A DNA stretch of 54,147 bases from a virus. Its lineage: Duplodnaviria > Caudoviricetes. Shown piece by piece: positions 22,601 through 32,600 of the stretch. Below the pieces are notes generated by a model that was given only the letters and a program-made list of their open reading frames with translations, ran no database searches and was not told the origin of the DNA. The stretch covers positions 1-54,147 of the IMG/VR virus record IMGVR_UViG_3300020442_002355, one strand, 5' to 3'. Each line of letters begins with the position of its first letter. The first letter of the stretch is position 1. A program made the position numbers and the translations under genes.

Positions 22601-25600
22601 CCAACAGTAGCAATTGATTTTGAAGTTCTACCAGAAATAGAATCATTAGTAGAAAATTCATCAATAGAATTAATTTTGAGAATTGAGAATTCTTCATCCC
22701 AGTCTTCTACAACAGCAGTCTTATTGCCGGAGGTAATAATTTCATCAGGGATAAACTTATTCTTCTTAAGTTTAATATCAAATACAGGGAAATCTCTCTC
22801 AGGTAACAATCTTGCAGCAGAGTTAATCTTATCATATGCAGTAACCGTATCTGTTGCTTCCAATTGATCTGCCATACTAAAGGTTACAATTCCAGCCGCA
22901 CCCCCGAAATTGGGATCAACTTCTGTAATAGTGTATAATTTATAGTTGTGCTCAGAACTATTAAATCCTTTTTCTGATCCAATTCCAGGATTAGAACCTT
23001 CAACCATTAATTTTTCGCCAACCACGAATGGATAATAGTCTCCAGTAGAATACTCTGTTTTTATTTGTGCTGCAACTGTTTTGGTCAATGGATCATAAAC
23101 CATACCAATGCTACCTTGACTGTTGTCAACAGGAACTCCTCCACCAGAATTTACTGGATAAATTTTTGGAAGGACATCACTCATTCCGTAAGTATTTTGA
23201 AGTATTTTTACCTGAGGACTAGAACTGTTATATTCTAACTCAATATCCTCTACAATAGTATTAAAAATTCCATCAATAACAACCAACTCCTGTTTTCCTA
23301 AGTACCCTCTTCCGAAAGAAGAAATTCCTACAGAATCCAAAGATGTAAATGGAGTTATCTTCAGCGATTGAGGATAATAGAAAAGAGGTCTGATTGTTTG
23401 ATCATATGGAAAATCATATCCATAATCTGTTATTTCTACCTTATTAATTTTTCCAATATCAGAACTTACTACTTCGATGATGGAATTAGTTCCATCGGCA
23501 GTAGTTATAGTTGTAAATCCAGGAAGAACTTTATAATTATCTCCAGTATTTAAAATTTCAATTTCAGAAATAGGTCCATCAGTATGAGTGCAATCTGTAA
23601 CATAAGACATTTTTGCACTGGAGGACGTATAAGAAGAAGACTCAGGTGCTTCTACTAAATTGTATGTAAATGAAGTGGCAGTAGCAACTTTTACTTTGTG
23701 CGAACCAGAATAACCACTATTAGAAATTGTGATAGATCCAGCACCTTTTATAGACTTATCCAAGTATACGTCTTTTTTGGTATCCGCTAAAGGTACACCT
23801 TGAGTATACTTTGCATTTAAATTATAGAACAAATTCTTCGGAGTATTTGAATCTATAATTAATTTTACAATTCCATCTGTGCCAACAGTACCAGTTTTTA
23901 ATACTTTGAATTCAGTATCATCTATATTTTTTAACCATGGTTTTTCAAGGGTTTCGCCAATATAGAAATCCAAATCAAATGCAGGATAATCGACAAGAGA
24001 ATATTCATACCTCAATGATTCATCACTCAGATCAAAAATTATTTGATTAAATCCTTCACTATCAATAGGAGGATTGACTATACCTAAAGTACCTGCTGTT
24101 GTTGCCACACCGACAACAGTTACGGGTTGATCGAGAGTTGCATTATAAAGGGTTGAAGCAAGTTTAAATTTATCGGAGTCAATCTTAACAGCATAATACG
24201 CAGAATTATTATCAAAGGCAGTGTTTGTCCATTCACTTGTATGAATTAACTTGTCGCCCGTAGAGAAACCATGATCTACAATGGTTACTACACCACTTTC
24301 TGTGTTTACTCCAAGTGGTTCAAAGGATTTAGGATTGAAGATAATATTTCTATTATAATCGTCATACTTTACAATTACAGTCTTTTGACGATTGGGTACA
24401 ACATCAAATACAATTCTATGATCAGAACTTAATCCATGAGTAGTTGCAGTAGAGACTAGTACTCTATTTTTAATCGCGTCTGCAGTAATTTTTGGATATT
24501 GTGTAGTAAAACTATGATACTCATTTGTACCAGCATTAGTAAAATCAAGCAATCCAATATTTCTAGTTGTTAATGCTACACCAGAAAATACGCCAGTCGA
24601 ACCAAGACCAACTTGAACCGTTGCAATGCCAATAAAGTCTTTATCAATTTTAGCAACGTAGTAGTTTTGTCCTCTGGTAAAGAATGATCCGACACCTACG
24701 GTTGTAGTAGAATCTTCATATTTCAGTGCAACAGCAAGAGGATCATTCACTTCGTATTTTACTACATCCCCAGTTTTCAACCCATGATCTTTCAGATACA
24801 AAGATTTTGGTTTTATGTAAACAGAAGTTGCACCCGCTCCTGGAGATGAGAAAAATACTGTGGTGCCAGAACCAGGATTTACATAACTATCAGATAATCC
24901 AACAGATTCTGATGGATCAAAGTAGTACTCTTTATTTGATCTAAATTTAAATGAGTTATCATAGTCGGAATTAAAGAAAAACTGTCTCTGCATCAATGTT
25001 GCAGCTGTGCCGACAGTATGGATGGATGATGAAGATCCATAAAACTCTCTAAGTATCCTAAGTCTACCAGAAAGTTTATCAACATTTAAGACTTTGAATT
25101 TTTCTTGATTGACTTGGAAAACATCATTTTCTCTTACACGATCAAAACTTAACTTGGTAGTATACGCATAAGTGACAATTCCAGTGTTTGCCACTGTATC
25201 CAAAGCATACGTAGTAGAACCAAGACCAACAAGGTTGAATGTTGTTGGTTGAACAGTTACTTCATAACTACCTTGAAATTTAGATTTTACTGTAGAGAAA
25301 TTTGTTAAGGTTATTAATTCTTTATCAAAATAACCATGAGCAGTAGATGCTATTCCAACAAATTGACCTTTCTTATCTGTTGGATAAATTTCAATTTCAG
25401 TTTCTGTAGTATCACACTCAATTTTGCTGATTTCTTTTCCTTTGACGAAAGAAACCTTAGCAGCAACTCCATTACCGCCAGAACCCTCTTGATCAAATAC
25501 TAATCTATCATTTACTTTATAAAAATCTCCACTATTTAAAATCTTAACAGAATCAACCTTTCCATCAGTAACTGTCTTAACTGTTACTTTTTGCTTGAGG

Positions 25601-28600
25601 TCATTTGGAAGAGTTATATATGGATATCTGACATCTTTATCAAAGAAATTATACACTGAGGTATTTCTCTTGTATTCACTACTATTCAGATCAAAATCAT
25701 TTTGGTTTGATTTTCTATCTTTATTAAACTTACTTGGTACAGAGAAATAATTGTCACCGATTAAGTATGGGAATACTGGTCTTCTATAACTTCTAAATGG
25801 ACCAGAGTCTTCAGATGTTCCACTTATTGTTGTAAAATACGCATAAGTTCCGTTTGGAAATTCTGGCGTAACACAATACCTTCCATTATTTTCATCAAGT
25901 ACTGTATCATCATCAACTCTATAGTAAGTGAAGTCTTCAACAAAATACCCCGAAGGATATTTGGGAGGTCTATTGGTTCTCAAAAGCGACTCATCAGAGT
26001 AACCACTCTTCATTCTTACAGCAACGCCACCAGACTTGGAAGAGTATCCATATGGTCCATAAATTGGATTTCCATCATATGCCCATCCAATAATAGGAGA
26101 ATGATTAGGTGAATCAATCTCTACTCTATTAAAAGGAAGATCGCTGGAACCATACTTCTTTTGTCCTTCAGAATCACTAGGGATTAAGATATTTCTTAGA
26201 TATCTTGGAGCAAAAAGATGACAATATTGAATTCCATAATTCTCAAAAAATGATCTAGTTAAAATACCATCGTCATTTTTTAACTTACCTATAGAATCTT
26301 CAAATAAATTTATTTTCCAAGATTGTAGATGTGGTTGAAATTTTGAACGAGAAAGTGATTCTGATGCTACTAAACTAATAGTAGTATTGTTTTGATTATA
26401 ACCTCTACCACCTTCAAGTACAAATATTTCATCTATAGTGCCATCATTCTTTATAGTTGCAGTTAATACTGCTCCAGTTCCATCTCCCTCTACAATAACA
26501 TCAGGTGCAGAAGTAAAAGACTCACCTCTGTTTAGAGGAATTGCTTCTGTTACTGCACCATTATTGACAATTGCCTTTACCTGAGTATTTTTGCCAATAG
26601 AATATGTAACTCTTGGTACTCTTTCAAAATCTTGTATATTGGTTACACCATACCCAACACCACCGTTAGAAATATGAACATTATCAATTGTACCCAAGAA
26701 TTTTGGTTGGAGTTCAGCAACAAACTCAGAACCAACATTAGTTTTTCCGGTTAAAATAACTTGAATTGGTGGATGATTGAAAATATGTGTTCCAACACCA
26801 GCGTTTGTTATATTAACGTATTCTTTTCTATCTGCAAATATGTTGACAGTATTTCCAATACCAGATATGGATAGAGTAAAGTTATCCTTATCCAAAACTG
26901 TAGCAATATAATCAGTATTTAATGAAAGACCTGTTAACTGAGTGTCAGTACCACTAGCAACACCCTTGTAATGAATAATATCGCCATTAGAGTATCCATG
27001 ATTGATACTAGTAATAGTATTTGTTGATGTATTGATTCCTGTGTTTAAACATGTAGTCTTTCTATTTGAATATCCCTCACCAGGTTCAACAACATTAATA
27101 GAATCTATTTGCCTCTTACTAAGAATTGCCTTTAGACTATGGACACCTATTCCGTAGGCAGTAAGATTTATTGTGTTTATTCCAGAAACCGCATCACTAC
27201 GAGAATTGAATAATTTAATATTCTGTAAATCCGTAGATTTAACAAAGTAAGAAGAATTAGTTGTTAAACCGGCAATTGCTCTTTGTCCGTTAGTTTGATA
27301 TACAACTTCTTCATAATCTCTAAACTTATGATAGGTAGAGAATCCAATACTATCACTAGTAAGACTTATACCTCTACTATTAAAAGTTGAAACATGCTCA
27401 GTTTGCTTCATGTTCACTAATACAGAAGCACCTTGACCATTACCACCTACAATCTTAATTGTAGGAGTTCCTTCATAGTCAAAACCTCTATTTACCAACT
27501 TAACATTATTGAGAGATCCTGTTACTCCTAAGTAACCATTTGCATTTTTCCCCTGAGAGTCTTCAATAACTAAATTTGGAGGATTAATAATATCAAATTG
27601 CTCATCTGAGAAAATTACATCAACACTCTTAACTTCACCATAGTAAATGTTATTCTTAGACTTGTAATTTAAGATTTCTACTCCATTCAGAAGCATTCCG
27701 GTTGTACCTGGAAGAGTTTTTATTTTTTCTGCAGAACTCTCTGAAGGTACAGGAATTTCTTTTAATAATCTTTGATCTTCAAGTTTTTGTTCGTAGAAAT
27801 CATATAATCTAATTTTATTATTAGATACAGTTATGGAAGAAAATTCAACAAATTTCTTTGAGAAAATATTCTCCTTACTCAAAGAAAACTTTACAGTTTT
27901 AGAATCGACTTTTGTAATGTAATAAATTCCTTCATTAAATAATTTAGAACCTTCAACTAATCTAGTTGTATAATTGAAGTTCTCATCAATAACTTTCTCC
28001 TCAATAGTCTCAGGATAATAATAAACCTTATCTCCCGTCTTTAAATTGTGATCAGTAGAAAATGTTACTTCTGTTCCACTAAATGTTCCATCAATTTCTA
28101 AATCTATATTCTCAATGCCAATTGATTCTGATGGTATCGAAGAAGAAGCGACTAGTAAATTCTGCCCATCATTAGTATATACATTCTGAACATTAGAATG
28201 ATAGTCCCTTACTAAAGGGAATGAAGCAGAAGTTCCCTTAAGAATAGTTCTCTTAAGTGTATAAATTTTAGTTAAGTCCAGTGTAGAAACAGATCTAACA
28301 TTTATAGATTTTTCATTGATAACTGATTCGACTACTGCATCTACAGTGTTATTTGCATTATCAACAAACTGTACATTATCACCTTTAAAAATATAGTGAA
28401 TATTATTTAAATTTACACGGTATATTTTATCCGTAAGATCAATAGCAGTAGTTGAATCAATAGTAAATATCTTCTTATCATTATAAACCCACTCATTAAA
28501 TTTAAATCCTTCGCCTTCATATCCAAGAGTTTTAACTCTTGAAACAACATCTTTAATATTATAAAGAGATTTTGCTGGATACTTTACATCTGCAATAATT

Positions 28601-29799
28601 GAGGATATGTTACACTCAACCTTCTTTCCATTAATAGTTGCGTATGCAAAAGTATCCTTATCGGTTATATTTTCTTCTTCCTTGATTTCTTTATAGATAT
28701 AATCAATATCTCTGAATTGATTAATTGTTCTAGATCCATAGTATAAAGATCCGCTTGTTCCATCACTATAATTAAATGAGATATTTCCTGTATTCGCAAA
28801 ACCAACGGTTGATTCTACATCAAGGTAAGTTGCTCCAATAGAAACTGGGTTTACCAATTTCGTTTTTGGTGTTACTTTAAAATCGCCGTAGATTGCGCCA
28901 TCAAATGTAATATCTTTATTATATCCTGCATCAATGTCAAGTCTGTAATATACTTTAGAGTCTTTTCCTTGTACTCTTTCTGAGTATGTGATGGGTGCGT
29001 ATGATTTTGATGGAAAATCTTGGAAAAGAGTAATATTTTGAATATTGTCAAATTCGCTTGAGTTGACAGTTGGTTCTACAACTAAACTTTCAACTTTATC
29101 ATATTGTGCGTCTGAAGGTCTAAACAGCAAATCTGCAGGATTTACTAACTCTACATTTACACCATAAAGTGCCTTAAACAGAATTTTAAAAGAATCTTCC
29201 GTTCCTTTTGAAGCATAGAAACTTCTTACTTGCTTTAAGAATGTATTCTGATTCAGTTGAGAATAAAAATCTCTATCATCGAATCCGAGAGCAATTTCTT
29301 TTTTTGTCTTGTTTAAGAACTCTGCTAAGAATAATACACTAAGATTTAAAACTTGTGCTCCCTTTGAATGAACTTCTGCTCTTGTTGATTCAAATAGAAC
29401 TTCATCAGGTGAATTATTTTTTGAAAGATCACAAATTCCACTAAATCCTCTAACACAACCAGTAAAAGTTGTTGGAGTTTTGCCGGTGTAAGTAATGATC
29501 TCATTATCAATCTTTAAAAGACCATAAGAATCTGGAAATCCTTGAGTATCAGACACTTCAATAATAGTGTCTGTTGTACCAATTGATTTTCCAAGATCAA
29601 TGGAATATACTCTATTAGTAAATGAATCAATCTTGAGATATCTATCGATATTACTAATGAGGTCAATAGGACCACTTTGGTATTCCTGTCCCTTGTAATA
29701 CTCTTTTAAAAATTCAGTTATCAGAGGAAAATCTGTCCTAACATAGTCAGGAACTTGACTTTTAACAATTGTGGAAAGTTGAACTCTTTTTTCTGTCAT
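16672..29799 (-). CDS. gp7: Baseplate wedge initiator, very large (4375 aa)
   Basis: Between gp6 and gp8; FY.SKGT..SFKILFKALYG, HSPIIGWAYDGNPIYGPYG / NGRYCVTPEFPNGTYAYF (YHYH-like), DNDYYQNFSYSLKS. Confidence 0.85.
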   Translation of the reverse strand: MTEKRVQLSTIVKSQVPDYVRTDFPLITEFLKEYYKGQEYQSGPIDLISNIDRYLKIDSFTNRVYSIDLGKSIGTTDTIIEVSDTQGFPDSYGLLKIDNEIITYTGKTPTTFTGCVRGFSGICDLSKNNSPDEVLFESTRAEVHSKGAQVLNLSVLFLAEFLNKTKKEIALGFDDRDFYSQLNQNTFLKQVRSFYASKGTEDSFKILFKALYGVNVELVNPADLLFRPSDAQYDKVESLVVEPTVNSSEFDNIQNITLFQDFPSKSYAPITYSERVQGKDSKVYYRLDIDAGYNKDITFDGAIYGDFKVTPKTKLVNPVSIGATYLDVESTVGFANTGNISFNYSDGTSGSLYYGSRTINQFRDIDYIYKEIKEEENITDKDTFAYATINGKKVECNISSIIADVKYPAKSLYNIKDVVSRVKTLGYEGEGFKFNEWVYNDKKIFTIDSTTAIDLTDKIYRVNLNNIHYIFKGDNVQFVDNANNTVDAVVESVINEKSINVRSVSTLDLTKIYTLKRTILKGTSASFPLVRDYHSNVQNVYTNDGQNLLVASSSIPSESIGIENIDLEIDGTFSGTEVTFSTDHNLKTGDKVYYYPETIEEKVIDENFNYTTRLVEGSKLFNEGIYYITKVDSKTVKFSLSKENIFSKKFVEFSSITVSNNKIRLYDFYEQKLEDQRLLKEIPVPSESSAEKIKTLPGTTGMLLNGVEILNYKSKNNIYYGEVKSVDVIFSDEQFDIINPPNLVIEDSQGKNANGYLGVTGSLNNVKLVNRGFDYEGTPTIKIVGGNGQGASVLVNMKQTEHVSTFNSRGISLTSDSIGFSTYHKFRDYEEVVYQTNGQRAIAGLTTNSSYFVKSTDLQNIKLFNSRSDAVSGINTINLTAYGIGVHSLKAILSKRQIDSINVVEPGEGYSNRKTTCLNTGINTSTNTITSINHGYSNGDIIHYKGVASGTDTQLTGLSLNTDYIATVLDKDNFTLSISGIGNTVNIFADRKEYVNITNAGVGTHIFNHPPIQVILTGKTNVGSEFVAELQPKFLGTIDNVHISNGGVGYGVTNIQDFERVPRVTYSIGKNTQVKAIVNNGAVTEAIPLNRGESFTSAPDVIVEGDGTGAVLTATIKNDGTIDEIFVLEGGRGYNQNNTTISLVASESLSRSKFQPHLQSWKINLFEDSIGKLKNDDGILTRSFFENYGIQYCHLFAPRYLRNILIPSDSEGQKKYGSSDLPFNRVEIDSPNHSPIIGWAYDGNPIYGPYGYSSKSGGVAVRMKSGYSDESLLRTNRPPKYPSGYFVEDFTYYRVDDDTVLDENNGRYCVTPEFPNGTYAYFTTISGTSEDSGPFRSYRRPVFPYLIGDNYFSVPSKFNKDRKSNQNDFDLNSSEYKRNTSVYNFFDKDVRYPYITLPNDLKQKVTVKTVTDGKVDSVKILNSGDFYKVNDRLVFDQEGSGGNGVAAKVSFVKGKEISKIECDTTETEIEIYPTDKKGQFVGIASTAHGYFDKELITLTNFSTVKSKFQGSYEVTVQPTTFNLVGLGSTTYALDTVANTGIVTYAYTTKLSFDRVRENDVFQVNQEKFKVLNVDKLSGRLRILREFYGSSSSIHTVGTAATLMQRQFFFNSDYDNSFKFRSNKEYYFDPSESVGLSDSYVNPGSGTTVFFSSPGAGATSVYIKPKSLYLKDHGLKTGDVVKYEVNDPLAVALKYEDSTTTVGVGSFFTRGQNYYVAKIDKDFIGIATVQVGLGSTGVFSGVALTTRNIGLLDFTNAGTNEYHSFTTQYPKITADAIKNRVLVSTATTHGLSSDHRIVFDVVPNRQKTVIVKYDDYNRNIIFNPKSFEPLGVNTESGVVTIVDHGFSTGDKLIHTSEWTNTAFDNNSAYYAVKIDSDKFKLASTLYNATLDQPVTVVGVATTAGTLGIVNPPIDSEGFNQIIFDLSDESLRYEYSLVDYPAFDLDFYIGETLEKPWLKNIDDTEFKVLKTGTVGTDGIVKLIIDSNTPKNLFYNLNAKYTQGVPLADTKKDVYLDKSIKGAGSITISNSGYSGSHKVKVATATSFTYNLVEAPESSSYTSSSAKMSYVTDCTHTDGPISEIEILNTGDNYKVLPGFTTITTADGTNSIIEVVSSDIGKINKVEITDYGYDFPYDQTIRPLFYYPQSLKITPFTSLDSVGISSFGRGYLGKQELVVIDGIFNTIVEDIELEYNSSSPQVKILQNTYGMSDVLPKIYPVNSGGGVPVDNSQGSIGMVYDPLTKTVAAQIKTEYSTGDYYPFVVGEKLMVEGSNPGIGSEKGFNSSEHNYKLYTITEVDPNFGGAAGIVTFSMADQLEATDTVTAYDKINSAARLLPERDFPVFDIKLKKNKFIPDEIITSGNKTAVVEDWDEEFSILKINSIDEFSTNDSISGRTSKSIATVGENIFPFKEYGRYGSTIQQNKGWKQIAGFLNNDLQRTPDNDYYQNFSYSLKSTVPLQTWNDPISSMNHISGYKKFANYQLESYERGLRVDTNPTKGSTYLNLIKDIVETVDMNCVNDFDLVRENFIDVGDLVSTEIYFESRLISSFDQAVFNRVLSIDDISDQFSHRPRSEEYVDIDTFDLDKRRFLRYYTLVRDRRFTSERQVSIFDVIHDGTYGYSNEYAFLQTVGDIGTFDFAISEGQGFIRFYPVDDKIAYNDFNVSYVAYKIEDSFVGIGTSTFGDIAVIQTSSSKLNTVGTGVTVVSMGSSFNSVSVMFSINPDNGSQNEEFNFTQMNFVHDGVDIATSGEITNLSTDLGSIDSSVGYGTFWPYLANNNLVVEFIPNAGIGTTAVINTIQIGIAQTATSGIATYNMNHARIQAESTTIASSASPGITTVNKYRYIDNSEEFHASKYWVHVADKTNNEHEFVELVAVDTINAVGVTSEAFLTEYGNVRTSSGLGTFGAGIDSTGFELHLHFTPNPNIDTEVNVFAHHLKSETSDVVETELDFGNGLITDDRDDYIGTFNDVKTDFDLEHGGQDIFQYWFDGGNVGIVSTTSDTIRLPNHFFVSGERLSYYRNDINDESSAIGVAQTFFVGVGLTTLLPNGGDNVYAVKIDDNYIGLSTSAENAQSVTPSLIDITNVGSGTSHRFITTRQNARVLITLDNMIQSPIVSTAITTTLSADALSTTDIVDFVGVTSFFGGDFFQVNDEIMKVTGVGANNDPNKVRVRRARLGTQFANHTAGDLVTKISGNYNIIGNKLSFAEPPYGPDPVADPSDPNSLDWEGIAKGSSFHGRSYMRGPISTGLSETYANNHVFKDVADRFNGIERNFPIKTTEGESITNIADDNAIVLINSVFQLPGITVEEDYNLQEAAGDTQLVFNGSAQSIGYDVGISSFPAAGIIQSIGSTEGFGYQPLVAAAGTVTVSAAGTVTNISVGYTGSGYRCKDNYEILVSTSSTISAGSTNIYLTNENSVFGVLETVFDGNNAYIGIGTFRKLDSTKVAYLGADVGAGITHIQVPTSAAPVNDVPAGTRVSIGVTLPFGIVNVSAATSNISPGAVAGLTYDVLDADYIPTTGLLSITLPANHALNSGDYITINDNSLRFTCASDNNTSTKSYPRPNLDTRASRRPLRIEEIRGQDAIVFVGFSTFVYFNVSGAVYDHNTGDLELTIGSHNFVAGRGISLETNSLTFTCAQDGNATQHSYPRATDPAANTTLDISSVTSTTITVNVGTNPATVASGAHTFVSATANAVRAGGQYTHTFVGSDAGAVVSVATTSVQHIGFATVITGTGNISTSVNITNPGFNLNVGVNTLTIVPQIIFDDPEPYANMPLVYSNDQVLTGLGTQGKIDIQVGNGSSVVSYNITNNGYAYGESDILTVPVGGRTGIPTTSNFREFQITVDKTFDDTFNGWSLGELEILDNVDSYIDGKRKLFPLFRGGERLSIIAAKGSKIQTDQLLLVFLNNILQVPGDSYFFFGGNRIRFSEAPRVGDFLRIVFYKGNGEGNDVIETDVIQTVKEGDTLQITSDDLIYKEDKRTISDIVSTDTVETLPYFGPGNTDDVNFTRPVTWCRQTEDKIIDGQSVSKARTFHEPNILPAAYLLKPVGIGSTVLNLSTVRPLFNQRNEFDTTQGRLSQNRIKIHQQEVKVSAAATATVSMAGTVTGFTITNGGSGYLSAPNVSIASTTGVGIGTTTTAKARATITNGVVTGITVTGGGVGYSTVTAPKVLISPPSQGTTQTIKVFFPGGYRGDSGSIVGFATTSISNETYALFDLFIPDQDNIFSQSKYVGTGITVSAIEQGDVFTIFNSNLGAATTSITSYDGNGNVLGISTSFVDGVYEVVERRDHPIVIGNEQDAVIRVRAKVDNPPLGYDFDTNFNGVTGMTTGTYLGSYSWGKIILESGVSVASTAYNMSGFGGISTSTLVVRDKSLAFVRYDETL

Positions 29800-29812
29800 T
29801 TTAATTTAAGTA

Positions 29813-31984
29813 TTAGTATCCGCTGCTGTAACCGCCACCGCCGGAAGAACCGGAGGAACCTGAGGAACTGGAAGAACCTGAGGAACTGGAAGAACCTGAG
29901 GAACCGGCAAATGAGGAGGAAGAAGATGTAGAGGATGTAGAGGATGATGTGGATGCTGTATTAGTTGCAGGTGAAACGCCAGTGTTATAAACGCTGGTTC
30001 CGCTGGTAGTAGATGCTCTTGCCTGTGCTTCAGCGAGAGGAGTGGATCCTGCTCTTCCGCCAGACCTGACCAAATTACCATTGGCATAACTAGAAGTTGA
30101 CACATAGGTAGATGCTGAAGAATCTACGCCAGAGGCAATATTATCAACCACCATGTCAAAAATGCTATTTCCAATGTCCAATTGTAAATATAGATCTTGT
30201 AATCCAATTACGTCATTTGACTTTGGTGTGGCAGAAATTTCAATAATGGGTTGACCATCACGCAATTTGCCAGAAGTTATATTTACTGGATTCAGAGTTA
30301 CAATTCCATTTACATAATCAATTGTTCCAACATTTCTTCTTATAATCGTGGGATTTTGAGATGTTAGTGTTGGAACAGTAAAGAAGAACAAATCTCCAGT
30401 TTGATTATCAAAGTTTGGTACATCTCCAATATACAGAGTTTCTTGTATTCCACTAACAGTAAAACCAGATGATTTTATGTTGTATCCTTCAAGACTCTTA
30501 ATGTGGAATTCGTTGCCAAATCCAATAGAGTACTCTGCAAAAGTGTTTAAGACAACTCTTAAGTCTCTTCTTATACTAATAGTAGTTATATTAGATGTAA
30601 TTGCCTGATTACTGTCATCAATGATTCTTTGGAACTTGGAATACTTAAATCTTGCTCCATATTTGTTCAACTCTGTGGATTCGCCGTATTTTTGTACATT
30701 ATTTTGCACAATTGAAGAAATACGCTGTGCAGACGGCGTTAAATTTGAGTTATAATAGACTTTTGAGTCAATTTCAATATACAAATACTTCAAATCAAGG
30801 ATTTCAGTGACAATTCCTGCTACAGAGTATCTTTTAAGTTCTTTCTTGATATTTTCTTTAATCAAATTTGGTAAGAAGTCGCCAAATTTCGGTTTTATGC
30901 TAATAAAGACTTTTCCATATTGTGGAGGTACTAATTCTTCACCTCCAAAAACAGAAATTGACTCAGTTTCGGGATAAATCTTTGCAGGAATCAGAGTTTC
31001 ATAATCTGTAGACGTAACTGCTCTATTTTGGGTTGCAAATACCCTTGGAGCAAACTTTTTGATGGATTCTACGCTTTCAATATTTTCACCACCTGAAGAA
31101 GAAACGCCAGTTGTTAATAATGAGATACCATCAGTTACATTATACTCAGTTGCATTTCTTTGATATGTAATTCTGCCATTAAAGGTAAATGCACTAATAC
31201 CATTACCGCTATCGCCATTAGATCTAATGTAATTTACCGTGATAGAATTGCCTTCTTCAAGTTTTTGGGCAAAAATGCCATCTCCAAACAAAATTTCGTA
31301 TCTTTCATCTTCTACTTCTTGCAAAAAGTACGTTTTTGCGTATCTATCAGACCCAAATAGGTTATCTTGTCTTGAATAACGTGTTGCTGCCGTTGCAGTT
31401 TCGCTATCTTTCACAAAAACTGACATTAAATCAACATCAATACCAGAATTTGGTAAAATAAACTTCTGATTATAGTCTCTAGGGTCATAAATAAACGTTT
31501 GAGTCAGTAATGGACCCTCATAAATTGGAATATTGCTGAAAATTGCGATTCCATTGGAAACAGGAACTGTAATATCGTCAATAATTGAGAAAATAAACGA
31601 AGAATTTGCAAAACTTCCCTGAGAAGTTGCAATTGGACCCTTTCTAAGGGTTAATGAGACCGGTGCAGGGGTTACTGTAGAGACATCTACAAAGAAACTG
31701 ACAGTTGCACGCGCTGCTTTTCGCGATCTTGGTAAATATCCAATATTTCTTGCGATAGAAACCACATTTTCTCTTAATGTAGCACTATCAAGGAACACTT
31801 CGTTTGCCACCATGTTGGCATTATACGAAGTGATGTATGTATTATACGCTAAAACGTCAAGTATTGATGACAGGTTAGAACCCTCAAAGTCATAATCCGT
31901 AAAATTGGAGTTTGCCTGAAGATAATCTTTGAGTGATTGTTTAACCTGATCGAAATCTAGGTTAGAAAAATTTGATAACGGCAT
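29813..31984 (-). CDS. gp6: Baseplate wedge subunit with Ser/Gly-rich C-tail
   Basis: LDFDQ.K..L..YL...FTDYDFEGSNLS.ILDVLAYNT, FLDSATLRENVVS.A, QNRAVT..DY. Confidence 0.93.
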   Translation of the reverse strand: MPLSNFSNLDFDQVKQSLKDYLQANSNFTDYDFEGSNLSSILDVLAYNTYITSYNANMVANEVFLDSATLRENVVSIARNIGYLPRSRKAARATVSFFVDVSTVTPAPVSLTLRKGPIATSQGSFANSSFIFSIIDDITVPVSNGIAIFSNIPIYEGPLLTQTFIYDPRDYNQKFILPNSGIDVDLMSVFVKDSETATAATRYSRQDNLFGSDRYAKTYFLQEVEDERYEILFGDGIFAQKLEEGNSITVNYIRSNGDSGNGISAFTFNGRITYQRNATEYNVTDGISLLTTGVSSSGGENIESVESIKKFAPRVFATQNRAVTSTDYETLIPAKIYPETESISVFGGEELVPPQYGKVFISIKPKFGDFLPNLIKENIKKELKRYSVAGIVTEILDLKYLYIEIDSKVYYNSNLTPSAQRISSIVQNNVQKYGESTELNKYGARFKYSKFQRIIDDSNQAITSNITTISIRRDLRVVLNTFAEYSIGFGNEFHIKSLEGYNIKSSGFTVSGIQETLYIGDVPNFDNQTGDLFFFTVPTLTSQNPTIIRRNVGTIDYVNGIVTLNPVNITSGKLRDGQPIIEISATPKSNDVIGLQDLYLQLDIGNSIFDMVVDNIASGVDSSASTYVSTSSYANGNLVRSGGRAGSTPLAEAQARASTTSGTSVYNTGVSPATNTASTSSSTSSTSSSSSFAGSSGSSSSSGSSSSSGSSGSSGGGGYSSGY
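29853..29907. repeat. 18-bp tandem repeat encoding SSSSGS in the gp6 tail
   Basis: gaacctgaggaactggaa repeated about 3 times. Confidence 0.8.
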
Positions 31985-31987
31985 TTT

Positions 31988-32389
31988 TTACCTAGTTGCT
32001 TGCAAAATAAAACTTATTTGTTGCGGATCAATGTCTGCTCCGATGATACTATAAGAAATTTCAACGTCATAACCATTATTATCAAAGTCAGGAGACACAA
32101 TCACATCAATAAGACGGATTCTTTGCTCATATGTCTCTAACGAATACATGATCTGGTCCTTAATTGCTGCCGCAGATGTCTCATCTAAGAGTTCAAAGAG
32201 AGAATCAGTGATGTTTGTACCAAAATCAGGGTTAAACATCTTCTCGCCAGGAACTGTAAAGATGATATTTCTTACAGAACGTGCAATTGCATTTTCATTT
32301 TTAAGGGCAATCAAGTCATTTGACAGGGGATTAACCTGAAATGACATACTTACGTCTTTAAATCCCTTACTAACCCTCTCTAAAGGCAC
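31988..32389 (-). CDS. gp25: Baseplate wedge subunit gp25
   Basis: AI.RSVRNIIFT.PGEK.F.PDFG; late promoter at 32411-32417. Confidence 0.92.
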   Translation of the reverse strand: MPLERVSKGFKDVSMSFQVNPLSNDLIALKNENAIARSVRNIIFTVPGEKMFNPDFGTNITDSLFELLDETSAAAIKDQIMYSLETYEQRIRLIDVIVSPDFDNNGYDVEISYSIIGADIDPQQISFILQATR

Positions 32390-32413
32390 TCTAATACAGC
32401 AATTATGAGTTAT

Positions 32414-32581
32414 TTATGACCAACGATCGATCATTTCTTGAGACTTTTGCTCTCTTACACGCTCCTCTCTTGCCTTCTTCAAATATTTCTCACTTTCGAC
32501 CTCTGTAATTAAGGTCATTCCATCCTCAATGAAGGATTTTGACTTATCTACTGAACCGTCAAGATGCTGTGGATGACTCAT
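32414..32581 (-). CDS. 55-aa hypothetical protein (not in ORF track)
   Basis: MSHPQHLDGSVDKSKSFIEDGMTLITEVESEKYLKKAREERVREQKSQEMIDRWS; fills intergenic gap. Confidence 0.6.
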   Translation of the reverse strand: MSHPQHLDGSVDKSKSFIEDGMTLITEVESEKYLKKAREERVREQKSQEMIDRWS

Positions 32582-32600
32582 GATACCCTTTTTGAGTTAT

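Noticed and set aside
29806-30105. 99-aa Pro/His-rich ORF
   Set aside because: Alternate-frame reading of the gp6 Ser/Gly tandem repeat
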